A stretch of DNA of 64,000 bases from Candidatus Latescibacterota bacterium (lineage in GTDB: Bacteria; Latescibacterota; UBA2968; GCA-2709665), in contig OZ244744.1 in the NCBI GenBank assembly GCA_965219455.1, positions 4,704,001 through 4,768,000 of the forward strand, given 5' to 3'. Shown here in pieces: positions 49,664 to 58,900 of this stretch. The position numbers were made by a program, and so were the translations under genes. Every line of letters starts with the position of its first letter. Within the stretch, counting starts at the first letter, position 1. The notes beneath the pieces were generated by a model that was not told where the DNA came from, made no database searches, and worked only from the letters and a program-made list of their open reading frames with translations.

Positions 49664-50677
49664 ATGAAACGCAATTTCAAATCTCGCGTCCTGGCGCGCA
49701 GACCTGCCACGCTTCCGAGCGTGATTTGCTTTGCGATGATGGCGGCGGTCGCCGCAGGTTTCGTGTGGGCCTGTAGCCAGGAGCGCACGACGGGATCCGA
49801 ATCAGTCAACCTCCCGCCGGATACGCGGATACAAACGCCGTGGCATCTGGTGAACGTGCACTTATACCCCACGAATGAACCGAACGACATCCAGTCCTAT
49901 TGCACGACCTTCCGCATCACCGGAAACCTGCCCGACGATATCAACGTGTATATATCCCCGTTCAACCAGCGGATCAATGGCATACGTTGCTACGGAGGCG
50001 TACAGACGCGAATCGACGGCTATTCAGACCGAGACCAGGTCCGAACATCCTTCGTTGTAAGGGACCGTGGCGCGATTTTCTCTCGATGGGAAGAGCGGAA
50101 TCCGGATGCGATCAGGCAGGCGCCGGGCGGCCTTATCAGGAGCGCGGGTTACGAGGGAGACTTCATCAGCGTGCGCAACGACTTCAGATGGACGAAGGGT
50201 TCCTATCGCCTCTGTCTGGTCAAGTCGGACGTTGTGGACGGAGCGCCGCTTCCCGCGAACTATACTGCCGATGATGTCGCGTACAGCTGGGGACGTTATG
50301 TGCATACCTGGGTACATATGGAAGCGACTGATCTGAGTACGGATGAAACGACCGTCGTCGGCGCACTCGCGTTCCCCGGAAGATCGCTCTCATTGCGAGC
50401 ATTGAACACGATATTCATTGAGATTTATGGCCACGGCGGGACCATTTCCACAAGGGATGTCCCTGGTTTCACCGTTTCCTTTTTAAATTTCCAGGTTGAC
50501 GGGAATAACCAGCAATTCGATCGAATCGTGGAAGTTACGAATCCTCTCGCCGTGCACGCTTCCGCCCCGGTGATGGCGCAAACACGGTACTTGAAGGATC
50601 AAGGCGCAATCGAAATTGAAGTTGGAAAGCACGTTGGAAAGACAGGGAAGTTCGTCAGAGAACTAATGGCCAACTGA
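49664..50677 (+). CDS. Hypothetical lipoprotein, distantly DUF3472-like
   Basis: Lipobox VWAC; YGGVQT, GAIFSRW, GYEGDF.SVR..F.W. Confidence 0.65.
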   Translation: MKRNFKSRVLARRPATLPSVICFAMMAAVAAGFVWACSQERTTGSESVNLPPDTRIQTPWHLVNVHLYPTNEPNDIQSYCTTFRITGNLPDDINVYISPFNQRINGIRCYGGVQTRIDGYSDRDQVRTSFVVRDRGAIFSRWEERNPDAIRQAPGGLIRSAGYEGDFISVRNDFRWTKGSYRLCLVKSDVVDGAPLPANYTADDVAYSWGRYVHTWVHMEATDLSTDETTVVGALAFPGRSLSLRALNTIFIEIYGHGGTISTRDVPGFTVSFLNFQVDGNNQQFDRIVEVTNPLAVHASAPVMAQTRYLKDQGAIEIEVGKHVGKTGKFVRELMAN

Positions 50678-50745
50678 ACTTCGGCGTCCGGCCAGGGCAC
50701 ATTCCATCGCTCCTGGAGGAAGCGCGACAAGCCGATGTAACAGTC

Positions 50746-50767
50746 AGCGATCAAACATCCGGCTTGC
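50746..50767 (+). repeat. 22-bp direct repeat, copy 1
   Basis: AGCGATCAAACATCCGGCTTGC; 21/22 identical to 53797-53818. Confidence 0.75.
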
Positions 50768-51089
50768 GCTCACAAAGATTGTCTTCAGGAGAAAGTCCGC
50801 TCATGGAGTTACAATTGCGATAGCTCCACAGGACGGCATGGTTAGATCTTCCTTTTCGCAGGTGTGGTGGCTGTCTCCCGAAGAGAGATTGTCGATTTTG
50901 ACGCTCGCAAGCTCGTTTTGCTCGCCAACCTGACCAGGTATCCTGTTATGGACCCGTAAGTTGACTCCAAACCAATCTTGGATGATGATACTTTCCTCTA
51001 TTAGATTCCCCCGCTCCTTCGGCACCGTGTGCCGGGTACCGCGAACGTGCCTCTCACGGACCAGTCTCCGAAAAATTCGGAGCGGTTCA

Positions 51090-51923
51090 CTAATCCATCG
51101 GCCATGCCTTTTGGGAGGCCGCACATACCCATTTCTTCGAGGCACCCGCGATCATCCTGCTATGCCTTGCGCAGATTTCGTTGAAATGATCCACCCAGTT
51201 CGCTGACTGCTTTGAATTGGGAATCAGATTCACGAATAGTGTTGCGTCAGCATCTCTCATCGCAACTCCCAACGCGACATCGGGGGACAATGCCATCCAC
51301 ATCCTTTGTTCCGCAGGAATCCAATTCGGGTCGTCCCTTTTCTGCTTTTGGTTGTCCACTCCCAGCTCGGTATCACGAGAAACAAACGGTCCACAATCGC
51401 CTAAAACAAAGGTCGGAGCATCCACTTGACTGAATACCATGACCAATTCGCTATTCTGAATGAGCTTCGTGCTTTCCTCCCGAAAAACGGAAGCCATGTC
51501 TTCGCCGATTCTTTCAAATTCGATCTGGATCGCGTCCAACCCGGAAAAGAAATTTTCTCCCAACCATTGGGGGGACCGGTACGCCAAATGCAAAAGGAAC
51601 AGCCCGCAGGCTCGAATGTCATCTGAAATCGCCTTCACACAGGAAAGGTCGCCCTGATCGATCCCCTTCCGTGCCGCGCGGAGGACATTCTTCACACAGG
51701 CGTGGAAGAGATTCTCCGTCTCGGTAATTTGGGACTCCAAGGATTCTCCAATCTCCTTTGCTGCGTAATAATCTCTTCGTCTGAAGATGTTCCGTGGCTT
51801 GCTTTTGAAGGACTTCCTTGGAACCTTGCTGCCAACGTGAAGCATACCGTCTCGATCCGTGAAATTCTCAAGGAGCCATCTAGGGATCGTATGTTGCTGT
51901 TCCGATTTCATCTTCTTGTTCAT
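51090..51923 (-). CDS. DUF4238 domain protein
   Basis: QQHTIPRWLLENF, RRDYY, FVLGDCG, ALSPDVAL. Confidence 0.8.
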   Translation of the reverse strand: MNKKMKSEQQHTIPRWLLENFTDRDGMLHVGSKVPRKSFKSKPRNIFRRRDYYAAKEIGESLESQITETENLFHACVKNVLRAARKGIDQGDLSCVKAISDDIRACGLFLLHLAYRSPQWLGENFFSGLDAIQIEFERIGEDMASVFREESTKLIQNSELVMVFSQVDAPTFVLGDCGPFVSRDTELGVDNQKQKRDDPNWIPAEQRMWMALSPDVALGVAMRDADATLFVNLIPNSKQSANWVDHFNEICARHSRMIAGASKKWVCAASQKAWPMD

Positions 51924-51958
51924 AGCGGTGGGTCCATATCCAATTATCAGGCCAATGA

Positions 51959-52304
51959 GAAACCGGGGATATACCCCAAAACCCGGGATGTGCGGAATAT
52001 ATGATGAATTCGCCGGACGGGTCGATAACCCGGCCTCAATTTCCATATACAGATAGATGTCTGAAAATGATAGGAAAAGGGTGGAAAACCGCGATGAATC
52101 CTTGCCAAGAGATCAAAAACCCGTCTGAGCCGATCCGCCTTAGCCCCAAAGGCCGATAACAGCCCATGAAAACCCATCGGGATTCCCCTTCCGGTGAACT
52201 TGCGCATCGCGAGGCCGAGATTGAAGCCATGCCCTTGAAAAACACAGGCGCTTGTAAATGTTGGTGTGGACGAGCAAGTGAGTTGGTCGTATATCCCCGG
52301 TTTC
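51959..52304. mobile_element. 346-bp MITE-like element with perfect 16-bp TIRs
   Basis: GAAACCGGGGATATAC (51959-74) / GTATATCCCCGGTTTC (52289-304); no transposase; no obvious TSD. Confidence 0.7.
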
Positions 52305-52648
52305 ACGGTTATGAGCAAAACTGCGTTCCGCAGGCTTGGAGCGCCGTCGCTGGAGTCTCTTACATCACTCTACCCGAAGGTACCGTCGATTGACAGGAAG
52401 CACTGATGCTGAACAGCCGCGTGAATCTGGCCATCGCCTTCACCTGGCATGGAGGCGGGCGACGGCGATATCACAATCTTTAACCTTTGCGAAGCCACAC
52501 GCGGTGTCGCCCGAATCAGGATGGAAGGATTGGCCGAAAGGAGAGAGTAGGCAGAGGGGAAGGAGATATTCGTTATTGCACTTCGCCGACTGTAGCGCCT
52601 TGTAATTTGTAACACCTGTCGTTCTGATTGCGCCGTTCGTTCAGGATA

Positions 52649-53059
52649 TCACGCATCTGCGAGGTTCAGCTTCGCCCTCAAAGTGCGCCGCACGCGTCGC
52701 AACACCCTTACCGCGTTCTTTGAATCTTCGAAAGAGGCGTTTTCCCCGGGATAGCGAAATTCAACGCCATATGGATAGAGGAAATCGAGATCAGGTCGCA
52801 ATTTCTCGAGATCGGCATCCATATCCACAGCGAAATCCAATAGTGCCAGAAGATCGTGAATTTTCGGAAAATGAACGCGATGAAAAACCAGAAAAGCTTT
52901 GAGGTACTTTTCGATACACTGATGCGCGCAGAAACATACGTTGTCGGGAACAGGTTCCTTGCGTTTCCGAACCATCGTTGTGGCTGTGCGAAAGTCTTCT
53001 TCCGCTTTGTAGACCCACGCTTGTATATCACCTGGTTGATTCGTAGAGGGTGCGTCCAA
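52649..53059 (-). CDS. HEPN domain protein (MNT-HEPN pair)
   Basis: W..KAEED, CF.AHQCIEKYLKA, IHDL, RYPG; start uncertain (TTG 53059 or ACG 53044). Confidence 0.85.
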   Translation of the reverse strand: MDAPSTNQPGDIQAWVYKAEEDFRTATTMVRKRKEPVPDNVCFCAHQCIEKYLKAFLVFHRVHFPKIHDLLALLDFAVDMDADLEKLRPDLDFLYPYGVEFRYPGENASFEDSKNAVRVLRRVRRTLRAKLNLADA

Positions 53060-53366
53060 GTTTGAAGATTTCCTCGAGAAATGGATCAAAGTTTCGCAAG
53101 CGGGTTTGAATCTCTTCCGGTGTACGCACGACGATATCCATCGCGACATATTTGGGACGACAGATGCGAGCAACAGCAGCACTGCGCGCTGCCGGACGCA
53201 TTTCTGTATCCATAATGACAAGCAGATCCAGATCGCTATCGTTCCTCGGCGCACCATAAGCATAGGAGCCAAAGAGGATGATTTTATCTGGATTGAAGTG
53301 ATCGACAATTCTTCTCGCGATCTCAACCAAGAGCGGTTCTGAAATTTTTTGTACTTTCGCATTCAT
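53028..53366 (-). CDS. Minimal nucleotidyltransferase (MNT) antitoxin
   Basis: IILFGSYAYG...DSDLDLLVI, DIVVRTPEE, GRTLYE. Confidence 0.9.
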   Translation of the reverse strand: MNAKVQKISEPLLVEIARRIVDHFNPDKIILFGSYAYGAPRNDSDLDLLVIMDTEMRPAARSAAVARICRPKYVAMDIVVRTPEEIQTRLRNFDPFLEEIFKLGRTLYESTR

Positions 53367-53796
53367 ACACTGAGCATTCCATGCACTAACGGCCAATGGT
53401 ATTGAACCCAGCGTCGAGATGGTCCTGACCTGGGTGGATCTTTCAAGCATATCCACTGAATTGTGGCGATTCAACTCTGGACATGCGTTGTTCAATCGAC
53501 ATGGTCCGGGTTCTACTGTCGAGTCGTGGTGAAGGTCTGAACGCCTGTGGGCCGGCAGTGTACGGCGTGTTACCTCGGGCTTCGGTTTCAGCGACGCCCC
53601 CGAAAGGCGTGGATCAGCCAGTATTCCGATGATTATTCGCTCTTCCGTAAAAAACCACTTGAAATCCCATAAAGTGTTGTCACAAACCTTGATGCAAGAT
53701 ACGCAATGCCTGGGCCAATCACAATCCACACATTTAATTGGCGCGACCGGCGAGTAAACATGGGGAATATAAGGATTATTGCAACCGTGCACGATT

Positions 53797-53818
53797 AGCG
53801 ATCAAATATCCGGCTTGC
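53797..53818 (+). repeat. 22-bp direct repeat, copy 2
   Basis: AGCGATCAAATATCCGGCTTGC. Confidence 0.75.
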
Positions 53819-53840
53819 TGGAATAGCGCGAAAGGATGGG

Positions 53841-54550
53841 TTACTGGCGCCGGGGGACGTTGCCGTCGTAGGGTCGTTCGCCGCGCACCAGCATCCGGTG
53901 GGGATTCTCCAGGTCGGCGATTTCGTCCACGCTGTGGTAACCCACGGTCATACTCATCCGGGTGCCGTCCGTCTTGTTCTGTCCAACGCCGTGCATGATC
54001 ATGCTGTCGATGACGAGCATGCCGCCTTCAAGCATGGGCACGGGCAGGGCCTGGTCCAGGAGATTTCGTGTCCGCGCTTCGTCGTATAGACGGCCTTTGA
54101 CGCCCGGGAAATGGTGGGAGCCGGGCACGACCAGGGTGCATCCATTTTCCACGGTTGTTTCCTGCAGGTAGAAGATAACGGTGAAGATGGTCCGTGACCA
54201 CTGCCTGACGTCCCGGTGCAAGCCCTCCGGCCGGTTCTCCGAGGCCAGGCGGAGCGTGGCGTGGTTGTGCCGGTTCTTGATGAGTTCTATGTTGGGGCCC
54301 AGAATGGATTCCAGGGGATCCAGGACCAGTGGGCTGGAAGCCGTTTCGAAGAAAACGGGTTCTCTGCCCACCACGGCCGAAATGCGTACGACACGTCCTT
54401 CCCTGTCACGCACGACCGGTTGCACCTCTTCGCGGATGTGCTTCCAAATCGCCTTTTTGAGCTTTTCCACCTGTGCCCCGGGAGCCGGTTTTCCAATTTG
54501 AGGAAGCCGTTGTGGCGAAACAGGTGTACCTGCTCGGATGTGAGTGACAT
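53841..54550 (-). pseudogene. PhyH-family dioxygenase with a frameshift near 54478
   Basis: MSLTSEQVHLFRHNGFL in one frame, LHRD/NGCTLVVPGSH/HGVGQN in another; shift at a G4 run. Confidence 0.8.
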
Positions 54551-54668
54551 GGGGGTTTCTCCGGTTGGCGCGGGTGACAAAAGCAATCAGCGAACAGCGA
54601 ACTGCTGTTAGCTTAACCGTTTGGCGATACAGTCTGGCGATATCCAATCGCCGATGTACACGCCGTTA

Positions 54669-54695
54669 TGTGGGCGACCGGCCGGTCGCCCCTAC
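54669..54695. repeat. GTAG-type REP palindrome
   Basis: GGGCGACCGG-CCGGTCGCCC-CTAC. Confidence 0.75.
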
Positions 54696-54750
54696 ACATA
54701 CCGATCGGCGGTCCTGTTGCGACACCTCACGACCGCCCGGTGGATCGGAG

Positions 54751-54943
54751 GGGGCTTTTCCGCGCTATTCCGTTCAACAACATAGTCCGGGAATGCCTGC
54801 GCAGGCCGCAGGGCAACGGCTTCGCGTTCTTTCCACAGCGGTGGTTCGCGGAAAAGCAGCTCCGCGGCGTCTGAGCGGCGCCCTTCTTTTTCGCCCTTTT
54901 TCTTGGGCGATGCAAGAAAAAGGGCAAGGGAATAGGGGACGTT
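54751..54943 (+). repeat. Structured dispersed repeat, copy D
   Basis: Outer stem GCTTTTCCGCG/CGCGGAAAAGC; core hairpin 54893-54925. Confidence 0.85.
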
Positions 54944-55112
54944 AGGGAGTGGTGGAACTTCAACCTCACGGGTACCGAAACGCGGGCATTTCGACAAGCT
55001 CAGCGTAAACAACGCAAGCCACGCGACGAGACAGGACAAATCGGCGCCTGCCTGTGCGTGCTGCCTCACGCACGCAGACAGGGAAGCATGGTGACATCTA
55101 TCTGGGGCGATA

Positions 55113-55256
55113 CTAACCCACGGTCACCGCGACTCGGTGCATCGAATTATTGAGATAGCCTCGCGGGTTCCAGGCGATCGCGTGCGGCTGGCGCACGCAT
55201 TGCGAGTCGGTGGCCCTGGCCCAGACCTCGTAATACCCCTCCTGTGGGAATGCGAC
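55113..55256 (-). pseudogene. C-terminal scrap of a sulfite oxidase family molybdoenzyme
   Basis: VAFPQEGYYEVWARATDS...QP..AWNPRGYLNNSMHRVAV*. Confidence 0.75.
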
Positions 55257-55530
55257 ACTGCTGCGCGCAAAAACACACATTGTCGGGAACAGGTTCTTTG
55301 CATTTGCGAACCATTGTTGTGGCTGTGCGAAAGCCTTCTTCCTCTTTATAGACCCACGCTTGTATATCGCCCGGCTGATTTGTAGAGGGTGCGTCCAAGT
55401 TTGAAAATTCCCTCGAGAAATGGATCAAGGTTTCAAAAACGGGTTTGAATTTCTTCAGGTGTACGCACGACAATATCCATTGGGACAAATTTGGGACGAC
55501 AGATGCGGGCAACCGCGGCACTTCGCGCTG
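55255..55530 (-). pseudogene. Diverged partial duplicate of the MNT-HEPN junction
   Basis: Colinear with ~52916-53191, with scattered substitutions. Confidence 0.85.
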
Positions 55531-55598
55531 AACTGTCCAGGGGCGGACGGACCGAGGTCTTGATCCGGGCGCTCAGTGTCGCCCTGCAGCTTGCCGCG
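55527..55598 (+). pseudogene. Scrap homologous to the cohesin end of the downstream adhesin
   Basis: AELSRGGRTEVLIRALSVALQLAA vs AELSRGGQPETISPALGVALQVAA (56475-56546), 16/24 identical. Confidence 0.7.
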
Positions 55599-55961
55599 TC
55601 GGCGCATCCGTCTGGAGACAGGATCAAGGAGACCCTTCGCAGGCGACAGGGTGAAATGCATGCGAGAATCTGCCCGGAATGTATATAAATACGGAAAAAG
55701 TAGATAAATACGTAAAATATTAATGATTGGATTAATATGAGTTAATAGTTATATTTTAAATTCTGCGTTTCGCGTGCCGGACGACAGGGCATTGTGATTC
55801 GTTGGTGAAGGGCTGACCAGCCAAATAAAGAGACCGTGGGTTGCCTGACCTGCCAGAGTCGAAAACCGACGGTTATCCAGGAAGGCGCACACCCTTTCTG
55901 TTCCTGGCGCTTTTGTTCCATGAGACAGGATGTGGCCCTCGTTCTGGAATATAGAGTTCCC

Positions 55962-58900
55962 ATGATGTCATTTCAAATGCAGCGACGGGCAATTGAGCGT
56001 TGTGCAACCCGACCGCGAACGAAATTACCTGCGACGAGGTTTTTCCGGCTCACATCCGGCATCGCGGGCCTATTGATCCTTTTGCTTCTGACGTCCCCGT
56101 GGTCGCCATCCACGCAGCCGGCCGGCTTTTCGCTCGCTCTGGACCTTGACGATGCCGCTGGCGACCAGGGCGTATCCTCTCTTGACGTCTCTCCCGACCA
56201 GGTGGTTTCCGTACAGATTTTAGGCACGGATATTCAGAATGCCAGCGGCATTTCCGTGCGCTTCCGATACGATGGGACCCAGGTTGCGTACGAAGGCTTC
56301 GACCTTGGCGAGGCGTTGCCCAATGCCAATGCGCTTGTCGAACAGGATTCGGATTCGGTCCGCATCGGGGTTTCGTCGTTGAGTGGATCGGCAACGGTGA
56401 ACGCGGGATTGATCGGCGCCGTGCATTTTCGCACCACGGCTTTGTTTTCAGATACGGAGATCTGGCTGGTAAGCGCGGAACTATCCCGGGGTGGGCAGCC
56501 GGAGACGATATCTCCCGCCCTCGGGGTCGCGCTGCAGGTGGCCGCGCCCGTTTCCCCGGACTTCGACGGCAACGGGCTTGTGGGTTTTTCCGACTTTGTG
56601 GCCTTTGCCGGCGCCTTCGGCGCCAGGAAGGGGGACGGGAAGTATGAGGCGGTGTACGATCTGAACACCGACGGCGGCATCGCCTTCGACGATTTCGTGA
56701 TTTTTGCTAAAGGCTTCGGCGATACAGTCAATCGCGCGCCCGCGTTTGGCGCCGCGCCTCCGGTCACGCGCTCAGTGGAAGAGAATACGCCGGCGGGCCA
56801 GCGCCTCGGCGATCCCGTCACCGCTACCGATGCTGATAACGACTCCCTCACGTACCGCCTGCGCGGCGTGCACGCGGACCGTTTTTTTCCATTGGCGCGG
56901 GCACGGGTCAGCTTGTCACAAAGGAGGGGATTGCCTACGACCACGAAGGCAGGGACGCGTATACCGTCACCGTGCGGGTGACCGACGGGCAGGGGGGCCG
57001 CGCCACGGTTGTGGTGGGTATCGCCGTGACCGACGTGGACGAACCCCCCTCCGGGCCGCCAGAGGGCGTGGTGGCGGCGCCTCGCGACACGGCATTGACG
57101 GTGACCTGGACAGCGGCGCCCGACGAGGCGGGCAAGCCTCCCGTGAGCGGATACGAGGTGACGCATCGGACCGGAGACGGCGGTGAATGGTTGGAAGGAC
57201 TGATCGTGGACAGCCGCACGGATACGAGCGCCATGCTGACCGGTCTGACCAACGAACAACTGTATCAGGTACGCGTGCGCACGTTGAACGACGAGGGCGC
57301 CAGTGAGTGGTCGATGACCGCATCTGGCGCGCCCACCGGGGGTCCGGAGGTGGTGGGTGTCATCCCCGACCAGAACCTGATCGTGGGCGGGTCCGCTGTC
57401 GGTGTAAACGTGGCAAACGCGTTTACCCGACCCGCGCAGGGGACGCTGAGCTACGCGGCGGCATCGTCTAATGACGCTGTTGCGACGGTGAGCGTGTTGG
57501 ATTCCATCGCCACGGTGCGCCCCGTGGGTGCGGGTCGCGCCACCATCACCGTGACTGCCGGCGACCAGTACGGCAACGCCGTGCAGACGGCCTTCTCCGC
57601 TGTCGTGACGCCACCGGCCCCACCACCGCCACCACCCCCGCCGCCAGGACCCATCGGGCCATTCCGGCCGCCACCGCCACGCCCGCCACCGCCGCCCCCG
57701 CCGGGTCCCAATCAGGCCCCGACCTTCGACGAGGGCCCGAGCGCCACCCGCAGCGTAGCTGAAAACACGGCGGCAGGTCAAAACATCCAGCATCCGGTGA
57801 GCGCCACCGATGCCGACCGTCACAGCCTGACCTATCGCCTCGGCGGGAACGATGCCGGTTCATTCGCCATCATCGCAAGCAACGGTCAGCTTCGCACCCG
57901 GGCGGGGGAGACCTACGACTACGAGACGAGGGTCAGCTATTCGGTGACGGTGGAAGCCGACGACCGCAACGGCGGCATTGCCGCCATTGACGTAACGATC
58001 CACGTGGCCGACTTCGACGAACCGCCCGAAGCTCCGGCGCGGCCCCGGGTCGAGCCGGCTTCTTCGACCAGCCTGACCGTGACCTGGACCGAGCCGGTCA
58101 ACATCGGTCCCGCCGTCGACGACTACGACGTGCAATATCGGACGGGCGCCGGCAGCTTCCTCCCCTGGCAACACAACACCGGCACGACCACGACGATAAC
58201 GAACCTGGAGGTGAACAAGCAGTACGAGGTACAGGTGCGTGCGACCAACGACGAAGGCACGGGTGCATGGTCCTCCTCGGGTTTCGGCGCCACCAGCGCC
58301 AATCAGCCGCCGGTGTTCGACGAGGGAGGCACCGCCACGCGTACCCTTGCCGAGAACACGCCCGGTGGCCACGACGTCGGCAACCCGGTAAGAGCGACCG
58401 ATCCCGAGGGCCGCGCGGTGACTTACAGCCTCTCCGGACGGGACGCAAGCGCGTTCACCCTCGACGAAGACAACGGTCAGCTGCGCACACGGAACAGCGT
58501 GGATTACAACTACGAGGTGAAAAATCGGTATGCGGTGACGGTGGAAGCAGCCGACGAGCAGGGCGGCCGCGCCACCATCGCGGTGACGATTGACGTAACT
58601 GATGACGACAACGAGCCGCCGGACAAACCCGATCCGCCCACAGTGTCGGCCTCGACGTTGACGAATCTGACCATAGGGTGGACAGAGCCGAGCAATACCG
58701 GTCCGCCCATCACCGATTACAATGTGCAATACCGTGAAGGGAGTAGCGGCGCCTTCACTTCCGTGTCACACGATGGCACGGGCAGGACCACGACGATTGC
58801 GAACCTGAAGTCGAACACCACCTATCAGATTCAGGTGCAGGCGACCAGTGATGAAGGCACGAGCCTGTGGTCGGATTCGGGCAATGGGACGACCATTGCC

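Noticed and set aside
52649-53362. 237-aa HEPN ORF and 254-aa MNT ORF as annotated in the ORF track
   Set aside because: N-terminal extensions overlap the neighbouring gene or non-coding DNA; real domains are ~135 and 112 aa
57610-57710. C-rich low-complexity repeat as a G-quadruplex or regulatory element
   Set aside because: Encodes the poly-proline linker of the adhesin
56234-57823. 529-aa reverse ORF and other antisense ORFs over the adhesin
   Set aside because: Shadow ORFs caused by codon bias
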